Shown here piece after piece: positions 27,073-39,575 of a stretch of 64,000 nucleotides of DNA. The stretch is taken from the NCBI GenBank assembly GCA_951406725.2, contig OX597823.1:84196001-84260000 (forward strand), given 5' to 3'. Under the pieces are notes generated by a model. It was not told where the DNA came from, ran no database searches, and worked only from the letters and a program-made list of their open reading frames with translations. A program made the translations under genes and the position numbers. Every line of letters starts with the position of its first letter. Positions within the stretch are counted from its first letter, which is position 1. The DNA comes from Octopus vulgaris (Eukaryota).

Positions 27073-27304
27073 GTATTTCTTTACTACCCACAAGGGGCTA
27101 AGCACAGAGGGGATAAACAAGGACAGATAAATGGATTAAGTCAATTACATCGACCCCAGTGCGTAACTGGTACTTAATTTATCGACCCTGAAAGGATGAA
27201 AAGCAAAGTCTACGTAGGCGGAATTTGAACTCAGAACATAACGGCAGACGAAATACCTCTAAGCATTTTGCCCGGCGTGCTAATGTTTCTGCCAGCTCAC
27301 CACC
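27073..27304 (-). mobile_element. SINE family B with Tx1-type tail
   Basis: Same structure. 9-bp direct repeat TAGAAATAC at 27064-27072 and 27305-27313. Confidence 0.88.
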
Positions 27305-27707
27305 TAGAAATACCAGCCAGGCTGAGATCACCGTCGGGTCTACGATAGAAGCTACCTGTTTTAACCTATTGACCTCCACCTGTACCACTGGTGGTTCATT
27401 GCAGTCTACACACACCCACCATATGCACCACTGGTGGTACATTTTCATAATTTGAGAAAACATTTTGATGATGATGATTTTATTCTGTATCTTCAAAGGT
27501 ATTTAAATATAATGCATATTAAATATTAAAGTTTAACCCTTTGGTATTTAAACTGACCATATCTGGCCCAAATATTCTACCTGTTTTCTGTTCAAACTGG
27601 CCAGACTTGGCCTTTCACATCAGCCCTGTAACATCTTTCTAAAAATTAAGTTACCTCATCAAAATCTCAAACTTACAAGATAATGCAAGATTAATGCAAA
27701 CATATAT

Positions 27708-28122
27708 AGGTGCAGGAGTGGCTGTGTGGTGAGTAGCTTGCTTACCAACCACATGGTTCTGGGTTCATTTCCATTGTGTGGCACCTTGGGCAAATGTCTT
27801 CTACTATAGCCTCAGGCTGACCAAAGCCTTGTGAGTGGATTTGTTAAGATGGAAACCGAAAGAAGCCTGTCACATATATGTATGTATGTATGTATATATA
27901 TATGTATGTATGTATATGTTTGTGTGTCTGTGTTTGTTCCCCCAACATCGCTTGACAACCAATGCTGGTGTGCTTATGTCCCTGTAACTTAGCAGTTCGG
28001 CTAAAGAGACCGATAGAATAAGTACTAGGCTTACAAAGACTAAGTCCTGGGGTCGATTTGCTTGACTAAAGGCGGTGCTCCAGCATGGCCACAGTCAAAT
28101 GACTGAAACAAATAAAAGAGTA
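27708..28122 (+). mobile_element. SINE family A, full length
   Basis: Collinear with 60603-61016. Confidence 0.9.
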
Positions 28123-28674
28123 AATTAATTGAGCAACACACTGTATTTCAACAAAAATAAGGTAACAAAATGGTTGACATTTCAACTGTGATAATACAGC
28201 AAGTTGATGTCTCAGACAGCCTTAGTCTTCCATTAATAAATTTTTTTTTCAACAAAGGTAAGGTGTCATTGGAGTGATATTTGGCTGCTATTTCGAGCAA
28301 GTTGAGTGACTTCATATAAGTGGTTTCATTGTTGGTTCAAATCTAACCGAATGAATCTATTTTATTGTTGTTGTTGTTGTTGTTGTTATTCCCCAGATTA
28401 GCTCTGATTGAAGAAGTCTGTGATCAAGGCCTTCCATTTGTGACCATGCCATCTTGATTTTAGCAGACACAGTTCATCTAGGTGTACAATTATCTAATGT
28501 TCTCATGTATCCTTGTTTTTTTTTTTTTAGTTATTTTATTGAAAAAAAATAGAGAATGCTGGGTGAGATCTGAAGGACATTTGTCTGCTCTTTCTAGTTA
28601 ATTGAATGGCTGTGTGGCAGCGCTATCTTTAGCTTAAAAGAATAACTTTCTAAAATGTAGTCTGTCTTTCTTTG

Positions 28675-29046
28675 ATACTCCCTTTCTCCCTCTCTTTTTC
28701 TCCCTCTGAATGTCTCTCTTCCCTCTCAATGTCTCTCACCCTCTCACTCCCTCCAAATGTTTTTCTCTTTCTTTCTCTCCCTCTCAGTGTCTCTTTGTCT
28801 CCTTCTAAATGTCTCTCCTTTCTCTCCCTCTAAATATATCCCCCTCTCTCACTCTCTATGAGTATATTTCTCTCTCTTGCCCTCTCTCACTTTCTCTCTC
28901 TCCCTTGCCCCCTCTCACTTTCTCTCTCTCTCTCCCTTGCCCCCTCTCACTTTCTCTCTCTCTCTCCCTCTCTCTCACCTTCTCTCAATATTTTACGCTC
29001 TGTATATCTCTCTCTCTCTTGCCCTCCTCTCTCTCTCTCTCTTGCC

Positions 29047-29087
<41 letters not shown>

Positions 29088-29143
29088 ATTTCACGCTCAG
29101 TATATTTCTCTCTTGCCCTCCCCTTCTCCTCTCCCTCTCTCTC
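28675..29143. repeat. (CT)n polypyrimidine tract with CTTGCCC subunits
   Basis: Direct inspection. Confidence 0.95.
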
Positions 29144-29578
29144 AAATTATTGAATATCAGGTGAAAAAAAAACATCAAATTTTCTTTTTATCGTTTATTT
29201 AAACATTTATTACCAATTTGTTGATATATTTTTATCAATTATTTTGAAAAATTTATAATTTTCATTTTCTTTATTTTAATTTCTATATTTTTTTTTTTTC
29301 TGGCGATGATAAAACTCTGGTTACAAATATCTTCGTTTTTATTAGAAATATTATCTTTGCAGATTTCTATTTTACTTCGTATGATAAATTTTCTGTTTTT
29401 TTTTTTTTTTCTTTTTTTTTTTTGATTTTCATTTTACTTTTTTAAGTTTTGAAATTTCAATTCCCCCCTCCCCCATCTTTGTCTTTTTTTTTTTAAATAC
29501 AAAATCAAAACAAAATTGTTCTCTTGCTTTTCTTTTTTGAGAGAAAGAAAATTGTTTTTACTAAATCTCTGTTACTAA

Positions 29579-29611
<33 letters not shown>

Positions 29612-29874
29612 TCGTATTCTCTATGTTTATATGTGGATATATATATATACATGTGGATGTGTATGTGAGTTTTTGTTTGTGTGGACATAAGTATATGTCA
29701 GCATTTATGTGGACGTGTGTACGTCTCATATATATGTGTGTGTCTGTGTGTGAGCTTTTATGTGTGTATATGAGGGTTTTTTTGTGTGCGTTTTTGTGTG
29801 CGACTATATATGAATGTTTGTGTGTGTGTGTATTTTTGTGGATATGTCAATATTTGTGTATGTTTGTCTATGTG

Positions 29875-29912
<38 letters not shown>

Positions 29913-30251
29913 AGTCTTTCTCTGTGTATGTATATATGTGTATGTGTGTGTCACTTTTTGTGTATGCGGGTGCATATATGTATATGCCAGTATTTGTGCG
30001 TGTGTCTGTATGTGTGTGTCAGAGTATGCTTTTACTCTTTCACATGTTTGTCATTTGACTGCGGCTAGGCTGGAGCACCGCCTTTGGTCGAAAAAATCGA
30101 CCCCAGGACTTATTCTTTGTAAGCTTAGTACTTATTCTGTCAGTCTTTTTTGCTGAACCGCTAAGTTCCGGGAATGTAAACACACCAACATTAGTTGTCA
30201 ACCAATGGTGGGGAGGGGACAAGCATAGACACACAAATACACACCTACATG

Positions 30252-30291
<40 letters not shown>

Positions 30292-30502
30292 ATCATCGTT
30301 TAACATCCGTTTTCCATGCTGGCATGGGTTGGATGATATATATATATATATATATGATGGGCTTCCTTCAGTTTCCATTTACCAAATCCACTCATAAGGT
30401 TTTGGTCGGGTCAAGGCTATTGGAGAACACACTTACCCAAGGTGCCACTCAGTGGGACTGAACCCTGAACCATGTAGTTGGATAGCAAGCCTTTTACCTG
30501 TA

Positions 30503-30550
<48 letters not shown>

Positions 30551-31909
30551 CACACACCCAACGGGCTTCTTTCAGTTTCTGTCTACCTAATCCACCCATA
30601 GTGTTTTGGTCAGCCCGAGGCTGTAGTAGACGACACTTACCCCAGGTGCCACGCAATGGAACTGAACCTGGGACCATGTGGTTGGGAAGGAAGCTTCGTA
30701 CCACGCAGCCACAGCCATGTATTTGTGTGTTTGTCTCTAGGTGCCCGTATTGCCCCCTTATGTTCGTCTCTGGTTTTGTGTGTGTGTGTAGAGCAAGACT
30801 GCATGTGTGTATGTTCATAGGTGAATTTGTGTCCCTCATGTTTTGTGTATGTATATGTTAATGTGTGTGTGGCTGTCTATTCTCTGTGGCCTGGGGCGTG
30901 TCTGTGTGTATGTATGTGTGTGGCTCTGTGAATTTGTGTCTTGTCTCCCTGCATGAGGTTCACTATAGACTGTATCCTTATATATTTAAGTAAATATTTT
31001 GTATTTATGTGGTTTTGCATCAGTGTAGTTGTGTGTATGTGTGTGTGTATCTCTGCAGCTGTGTAAGTTTTTGCTTATCTTTATTATTATCATTATTATT
31101 ATCATCATTATTATTATTATTGTGTGTGTGTCTGGCTGTATGCAAGTGTGTATGCATATAGCTCTATATTTCTACATGTATGTTTTGCTTAGTCTTTGCA
31201 CATGTCTGTATGTCTGAGAAGCTGTATAGATTTTTGTGTATACATAAATATAAACACACACACACACACACACATTCACATACATACTTATATACATACA
31301 TACACATATGTATTATTAGAATAGTAGAGGTGGCATGAATTTGGTGCTGTATTTCTGTGTATAAGTGTTGCTGTGTGTATATATTTTACTGTATGTAGAT
31401 TTCTCTGTGTATTTGTGTATGTGAATATATATGTGTGTGTATGTATGTATCTATATATGTGTGTATCTATGTGTGTCTATGTGTGTGTATATATGTGTGT
31501 GTATATGTGTGTGTGTATATGTGTGTGTTTATATGTGTGTGTTTATATATGTCTGTGTGTGTATGTATATATATGTCAGTTACTTTGAAGAGTATTTGTG
31601 CATGTTTCTCTGTATCTGTATACATAGATTCCTGGGCCAGGTGATGTGCTGTGTTCTGGAACAAAACACTTAATTTTGCATTGCTTCAATCCACTCACTT
31701 GGTGATAGCAAGTAATCCTGTGGGGGACTGGCATCCCATCCAGGAGGTAACACAGTATCACAGAATTCACCATAGAATCCACTATATCGACCTCATGAGC
31801 CTATGGCTTCGGAATGACGTTGATCTTTCGTCCCTTTTAAACATAAAATCACATACTTACTAACTATGTGTGTCACAATCAGAATCTCAATCAAATCAAA
31901 ATTAAAAAT

Positions 31910-32270
31910 GGAAATTGTAGTTGTTGCCGATGTCAGTGCCACCTGACTGGCCCCCGTGCTGGTGGCACGCAATAAGCACCATTCATGCGTGAGTTGTTGC
32001 CAGTGTTGCCTGACGGGCTCCCTGTAGCATGTAAAGAGCACCATCTGAACGTGGCTGATGCCAGTGCCACCTGACTGGCTCCCATGCCAGTGGCACGTAA
32101 AAAGTACCCACTACACTCTCAGAGTGGTTGGCATTAGGAAGGGCACCCAGCTGTAGAAACATTACCAGATCAGACTGGAGCCTTGTGCAGCCTCCTGGCT
32201 TGCCAGTCCCCGGTTAAACCGCCCAACCCATGCCAGCATGGAAAACGGCATTAAACAATGATGATGATAT
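31910..32270 (+). mobile_element. RTE 3' UTR fragment with (GAT)n tail. Further copies at ~17826-18070(-), 19170-19480(-), 19680-19850(+), 20510-20680(-), 21385-21600(-), 32780-32990(-), 33200-33456(+), 36820-36980(+), 41478-41703(-), 42652-42925(-), 63555-63710(+)
   Basis: Recurrent GTGGTTGGCGTTAGGAAGGGCATCCAGCTGTAGAAAC...CCAACCCATGCYAGCATGGAAA..GACGTTAAACGATGATG. The upstream GCCAGTGCC..TGGCACGTAAAAGCACC units also occur in the 3' UTR of the 45850 RTE. Confidence 0.8.
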
Positions 32271-32297
32271 ATATATGTGTGTGTGTGTATATATATA

Positions 32298-32332
<35 letters not shown>

Positions 32333-34115
32333 TATCTAATAAACACTACATATGTATATGTGAATGGTTTTGCTATACGGTGCAGGGTTTTACTATCCTC
32401 TAAATAATAATAATGGTATTTATATTAGCCTAAAGCTTATAGCGATCACCATGCAATGACTAAGGAAAATAGTCTCATAATGGGGCATGTAAGCCCTTGG
32501 CAGGAAAACGTAGGCTTTCTTATCTGTGTAGGATATGTATATATCTATATTGTTTAATAAACACAATATATATTTTACATGTGTTGAGAGCATACCAGTT
32601 AATATTTTATAACATGTCTGGTGTCCCAGCACAATCTTCAGGCACTGCCTGCATAGCATGATTTTTTTTTTTTCACCTAGTTTGTTATGCTGGCAGTCTC
32701 TGAAGATTGTGCTGGGACATCAGATGTGTTATTCAATACTGTTTAGCTTGCTCTCATTACATGAAACTAATAGTAACACATCATCATCATGGTTTAACAT
32801 CCACCTTCTGTGCTAGTGTGGGTTGGATGGTTTCACAAGATCTGGCCAGGCTGAAGCCTGCACCAGACTTCTGTGACTGTTTTGGCAGGATTTTTACACC
32901 TGGTTGCCCTTCCGAACAACAGCTACTTTACAGTGTGGATTGGGTGCTTTTAAGTGGCACCTGCACTCACAGGGTCACCAAGTACTTGCAAGATAAAAAA
33001 ACACAGAGCAAAAAAAAGACATATATTGCATTTATTAATTAATATTTATCCCTCACCAAATGAAGTACTTTTTTTTTTGTTGATCTAACCATCATGGAAC
33101 AGTACATTATATATATATATATTTATTTATTCACACACACCACACATTGGTGTATGTATATACAGGATAATCTATATGGATACAGACACATACACTCTTG
33201 GCTTCTGTGCGGGTGGCACGTAAAACGCACCATCCGAACATGGCCGATGCCCGCGCCGCCTTGATTGGCTTCTGTGCCGGTGGCACATAAAAAGCACCCA
33301 CTACACTCACGGAGTTGGTGGCGTTAGGAAGGGCATCCAGCTGTAGAAACACTGCCAGATCAGACTGGAGCCTGGTGTAGCCTCCTGGCTTCCCAGACCC
33401 CGGTTGAACCGTCCAACCCATGCTAGCACGGAAAACAGACGTTAAACGATGATGATGTATATGCATAGAGGGCAGACTACACACATACAGGGCAATCTAT
33501 TTTGATATATAGACACACACATACCCTTATACATACACACACATTGAGTCTAGAAGTACATACAAAAATATACAACATAAACACACAGAAATACACACAA
33601 TCAAGTATTTATACAGAAACATGAAAATATACAGATAAACACATATATAGCATAACATGGATAGACACACACATGCATATACAGTATACCGTGTGCATAA
33701 TCATATATAGTAACAGGATACATCATTGGGAACAATTTATATACACACAGACATATACACAAGAAAATGGAAACACATACACACACACACACAAGAAAAT
33801 GGAAACACATACACACACACAAAAGTATGTATAGAATGATAAGACCTGTCTAAGTATTAGATGTGTGTATTTATTTATGTTACTGCCTGTATGTATACCT
33901 GTGTAATATATTGTAAATAATAATGATGATGATATTAATAATAATGGTGATGATAATAATATTGGTAATGATAATATTAGCAATAATAGTAATAACAAAA
34001 ATGATGAAAATATATCAAATAATGTAGATGAAATGACCCAAAATAGATCAGTAACATATTAACACACACAAACATACATACATATATGTATATACACATA
34101 CACACACGTTTGTAT

Positions 34116-34185
<70 letters not shown>

Positions 34186-34780
34186 TATATTTTACATATA
34201 TTTTTCTGTAATACATACATATGTATATATTGGGACATGCATTTGGTAACTAACTTGGTGCATTAGAACTTGTGGTCCTCCTTCATTTCCTGTTGCTGTA
34301 TAAGAATATTAAAAAGCGAAAGAGAGAGTGTGTAGCTGCTGCCTTCAAAAAGCTGCCATATTTCTCAAGATGTCATCTTATGAACAGTTATCAGGGAAGG
34401 GAGATGTCCATTTGAATTACAATATTAACATGTTGGCAATCAATGTTTGGCAAAGAGAATCATCTGTTATTTGAATATAAGTTTTATCAACTGTCCGGCT
34501 TTCAAGACAATTTTTCTATTTATTCCTTCCTTACACACTTAAGGAAGGAATAAGAGAAAAAAAAAATATTTAGAAAATAAGAAAAAAAAATAGATGCTAC
34601 ACTGCTGGGATTCTCAGAATATTATGGTAAGTGTGTGTGTGTGTGTACTCAATAGCCAAGGGCTGTTGTAGAAAACATTTGCCCAATATTCTGCGTAGAG
34701 GGACCAAACCCGAAACCACTACAAAGTGAACTTCTTAACCACATAGCCATGCCTCCTTCTATTACAGAGTTCTTTATGGA

Positions 34781-34889
34781 ATCTAGGTTCCTCAAGTGGT
34801 CACCCAGTTAAGTACTAACTAGACTGGATGTTGCTTAACTTTGGGGATCAGATAAGAACCGGTGCTTTTGGCATGATATGGTTGTGAGC
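34781..34889 (-). pseudogene. Degenerate 5S rRNA copy (pseudogene or 5S-derived SINE head)
   Basis: Minus strand GCTCACAACCATATCATGCCAAAAGCACCGGTTCTTATCTGATCCCCAAAGTTAAGCAACATCCAGTCTAGTTAGTACTTAACTGGGTGACC is collinear with metazoan 5S rRNA (box A AGTTAAGC, TTAGTACTT, box C TGGGTGACC), with many CpG-type changes and no intact 3' end. Confidence 0.85.
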
Positions 34890-35127
34890 AATTCATCTAA
34901 TGCAGTCTGTTTAACCCCTTAGCACTCAGATTAGCCTGTCAAATGTAATGCTTATCAATTCACATTGTTTTGAATTAATCATGCATTATCTTATCAGAGA
35001 TTTTGACAATGTGATTATTCATTTATACAGTGACATAGCAGGGTATGTGAGAAAGGCTGGATCTGGCTATTTTGATCATAAAGAACATAGAGCATTTGGG
35101 CTGGATATGGCTGGTTTACCCTTTTAA

Positions 35128-35347
35128 CCCTTTCATTACTGTATTTATTTTGAGATACTCTCCGTTTCTTTCAATTACTTTAAATATAAACAAAGTATTT
35201 AGTAAAATAACTTGGTTATCATTCAGCTAGTGTTAGGAACATAAATTGTGACGAAGGTTTGATGGAAGATTTTAATTCAAAACTTATGAAAACAAGACTT
35301 TGTACACAGAGCCAGAGCCGGTTTCAACCGAGTTGGTAATGAAAGGG
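35128..35347. mobile_element. piggyBac-type MITE (family P1, opposite orientation to the 48964 copy)
   Basis: TTAA / TTCA flanks. 12-bp TIR CCCTTTCATTAC / GTAATGAAAGGG. Interior is reverse-complementary to 48964-49185. Confidence 0.85.
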
Positions 35348-35994
35348 TTCACTTGTAAAATGGCCATGTCCAACCCAAATAGTCTGCTTGTTTTATGTTC
35401 ACACTGGCCAGATCTTGCCTATTACACCTACCCTGCAGTGTCATTCTAAAACTAATCACATCATTGGAATTTTGACACTATGAGATAGTGCATTATTAAT
35501 TGAAAACAATGGGAATACATAAGCATTATGTGTGAGAGAATAATCCAAATGCTAAAGGGTTAAGCAATTTCATAACAATACATCTTAATTTAACTTGTTT
35601 CCTGATTTCATAATAATTCTTGTTCACACTGTGTAACGTCATAGTCTAGATTCTCACCTTAGATATAGTACAGTCTGTCTTTTGTTGTCTCACTGGTACT
35701 TTTCAGGTGAGTAATTCAAGATGATTAATGCAACATGTTAAGATAATTTCCCAACAATAGATCTTAATTTAACTGGTTTTCCAATTCAGTAACAATTTTA
35801 GATCACTAAATGTAGCATCACAATTAGCAAGTGGGCAATGCAACTCTGATTTCTGGGATCTTTTCATTGTTTGTGTTCATAGTACCTCTATTTTTGCTGT
35901 AATAATGACCCCTCTTCATAGAGCACCATTGCATTTGGCTCTACATTTTAGGAATATATCAAAGAGTGCTAGGGCATTACTCTGTGTGTATCTC

Positions 35995-36400
35995 TTTTAC
36001 TTGTTTCACTCATTTGACTGCAGCCATGCTGGAGCACTGCCTTTAGTTGAGCAAATCGACCCCAGGACTTATTCTTTATAGGCCGAGTACTTATTCTATC
36101 GGTCTCTTTTGCCGAACCGATAAGTTACAGGGACGTAAACACACCAGCATCGGTTGTCAAACAATGTTGGGGGGGACAAACACAGACACACAAACATATA
36201 CACATATATATTTATATATATATATATATATATACACATGACAGGCTTCTTTCAGTTTCCCTCTACCAAATCCACTCACAAGGCTTTGGTCAAGCCGAGG
36301 CTATAGTAGAAGACACTTGCCCAAGGTACCACGCAGTGAGACTGAACCTGGAACCATGTGGTTGGTTAGCAAGCTACTTACCACACAGCCATTCCTGCGC
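35995..36400 (-). mobile_element. SINE family A, full length
   Basis: Reverse complement of the family A consensus. Confidence 0.9.
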
Positions 36401-37046
36401 CTTTGTGTGTGTGTATTTTTACCACGTATATGCTTTCTCATTAGTAAAACTTTCCTGTATATATGCTTAAATGTATTTGTTTTCTCAAATAAATGGCACT
36501 TCATCTTTAAAGCTCTGATGAAGTTATGAGGTGTTACTCAGGCACTCAACTATGGGTCCACTGCATCTTATAGCAGAAACTGCTGTAAGCCAATGAAGTT
36601 CATAAGATAATCATTTGTTCCTTTTGTCATTTCTTTCCTTATATTATCTGGATGCATAGATTGCCACGACTCTCTGTTGCTATGGGAAACATTGGTCATC
36701 ATTTTTGGCAGGTTGGTGGGATTGCAGCTTATGGCATCACAATTCTGCTCGATATAGGTCTTGGCCTGTCCTCCCGTGCTAGCCCTTCCTTGAATGGGCT
36801 CCCATAAATGAACTTACATAAAAGCACCCATTATACTCTTGAAGTGGTTGGCGTTAAGGCCATCCAGCTGTAGAGACCATGCCAAACCAGACTGAAGTGC
36901 TGCCCCTCAGCTTACCAGCCCTGTTCAAAACGTCAAACCCATGCCACCATGGACAGTGGTTGTTAAATGATGATGATGGACAGATGGATAGACAGAGAGA
37001 TAGATCATCATTTCACCATCGTCATTATTTAATATATATGTATATA

Positions 37047-37207
37047 GGCACTGGAGTGGCTGCGTGGTAAGTAGCTTGCTTCTAACCACATGGTTCCAGG
37101 TTCAGTTCCACTGCATGGCACCTTGGGCAAGTGTCTTCTACTATAGCCACGGGCCGAACAAAGCCTTGTGAGTGGATTTGGTAGACAGAAATGGAAAGAA
37201 GCCCGTC

Positions 37208-37251
<44 letters not shown>

Positions 37252-37450
37252 TTGTGTGTCTCTGTTTCTTCCCCCCACCATCGCTTGACAATTGATGTTG
37301 GTGTGTTTATGTTCCTGTAACATAGCGGTTCGGCAAACGAGACCGATAGAATAAGTATTAGGCTTTCAAAGAACAAGGCCTGGGGTCTATTTGTTCGACT
37401 AAAGGCAGTGCTCCAGCATGGCCACAGTGAAATGACTGAAACAAATAAAA

Positions 37451-37452
<2 letters not shown>
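37047..37452 (+). mobile_element. SINE family A, full length
   Basis: Collinear with 60603-61016. Confidence 0.9.
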
Positions 37453-37500
<48 letters not shown>

Positions 37501-38058
37501 ATATATATATACATACATACATACACACACACACACTAGCTGATACATACATATATACTAGCAGACACATACACACACAGACACTCACACACACAAATCA
37601 CCACATGATTCTATTATACAAACGGAATTATTTCCACTAAATTTCGCTGAGACAAAACCAGTTACAGACGTTCTGCCTGCTTACAAGGGATACAGTTCCC
37701 CTACTTCCCTTCCTCTGGTTTTGTTTGTCTTTTGCTTCATCTTAGTTTGTTTTTGTTTTTATTTGTTTATTTTTGTTTCCTTTTACTTTGATGGGCAAGA
37801 AAAGCCAGTCTCTTTTATATAATGGTACCAGGTGTCATCCATATTGTGGCTCTTCATTTCTAACTTGAAGATCTTCAGCAATATGTTTGTGTGTGTGTGT
37901 GTCTTTGCTTCTACGCTAAGCACTTGGCACTAGGACTCTCTCTCACCTTCTCCTCCCACCACCACCACCACCACCACCACATGATATCCCTGTCTCTCCC
38001 TCCTTCCCTCACTTCATCATCTCACAATCATTTTGTTTCTGTCTTTGGCCCTAACATA

Positions 38059-38097
<39 letters not shown>

Positions 38098-38794
38098 TTC
38101 TGTCTCTTTCTCAGCTCAGTGTACATGTGTGTGTGTGTATTGGGAAATGCATGTGGTCTGTATGTGTGAGTGTGTGTGTGTGTATATATATTCCTTTTCA
38201 TTCTCTGATTTCATGTCTGTTTCTTCTAAGTTAGCATGAATGAGATAAACCTGTGTGTCTATATACATGTGTGTGTGACATGTATATATGTATGTGCATA
38301 TATGTATGTATGTAAAGTAGTATTTTTATGTATAGCATGGAAAACGGACGCTAAACGATGATGATGATGATGATGATGATATATATGTAAATTTGTATAT
38401 GCATATATATATGAATGTAAATTTCTATATATATATAAGTGTATGTGTACATATGTATGTTTTCAAATATATATATATATATGCCTATATATGTACATCT
38501 TTATATATATATATGCCTATATATGTACATCTTTATATATAAATTATACATATTCCTGTATATGTACATCTTTATATATAAATTATACATATTCCTGTAT
38601 ATGTACATATATGCATATATATGTACATGTATGTGTATGTATGCACACACACATACATATACATGTACCCACTTGCACATCACATTCACACGTGTGTGTG
38701 TGTGTGTGTGAGAGTGTGTGTGTTCCAATATTTTCTTGTCTCATCATATTTTCAGTAATATCTCCATCACATCTCATCACTGCCTGACTCTTGG

Positions 38795-38837
<43 letters not shown>

Positions 38838-39167
38838 CTTTCTTCTCCTTTCTTTATTTCTTTCTCCTTCTCTTCACTTTCTCTCTGGCCGAAATAGGTT
38901 TCCTTCTTAGAGAGAGAGAGAGAAGTGAATGAGTGGGGCAAGACAAGTGTGTGCGGTGGGGCGTAGGGGCAGGTAGGGACAAGGGCAGAGTGGAGGGTTT
39001 TGGTGCAAACTTTGCTTTCTTGATTCAAAGCAGCTGTTATTTAGTTTAATGATGGACCACCATCACCACACCACCATCAGCAGCAATGACAACAATAGCA
39101 AGAAGACCTATAATGGCAACATGACACAAGGCCTCAATGGTGCGGACTTATGCATGTGTGTGTGTGT

Positions 39168-39575
39168 CTGGTGGTGGTGGTGGTGGTGTTGGTGTTAATG
39201 ACCATTTTTGTGGCAATGATGGCAGTGTCAGTGGTGGTGGTGGTGGTGGGTGGTGGTGACGCAGCTGGTGGCAATATTGATGACGGTAGTACTGGTATGG
39301 GAGTGGGGTTTGACAATGAGGGGTGTTGAAGTAGTGATGATGGTGGTGGTGGTGGTGACAGTTATAGTGGTGATGGTCATGGTGATGGTGTGGTGGGTGG
39401 TGGTAGTAGTAGTGGTAGTGGTATTAGTGGTGGTGGTATTAGTAGTGGTGGTGGTGGTATTAGTAGTGGTGGTAGTGGTATTATTAGTAGTAGCAGTATT
39501 AGTAGTAGTGGTAGTAGTGGTGGTGGTGGTAGTAGAAGTAGTAGTAGTGGTAGTTGTGGTAGTGGCAGTGGTGAT
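39168..39575. repeat. (GGT)n/(AGT)n trinucleotide tract
   Basis: Direct inspection. Confidence 0.95.

Noticed and set aside
34781-34889. Functional 5S rRNA gene
   Set aside because: Many substitutions, no terminal stem or poly-T terminator, single copy. Listed as a pseudogene.
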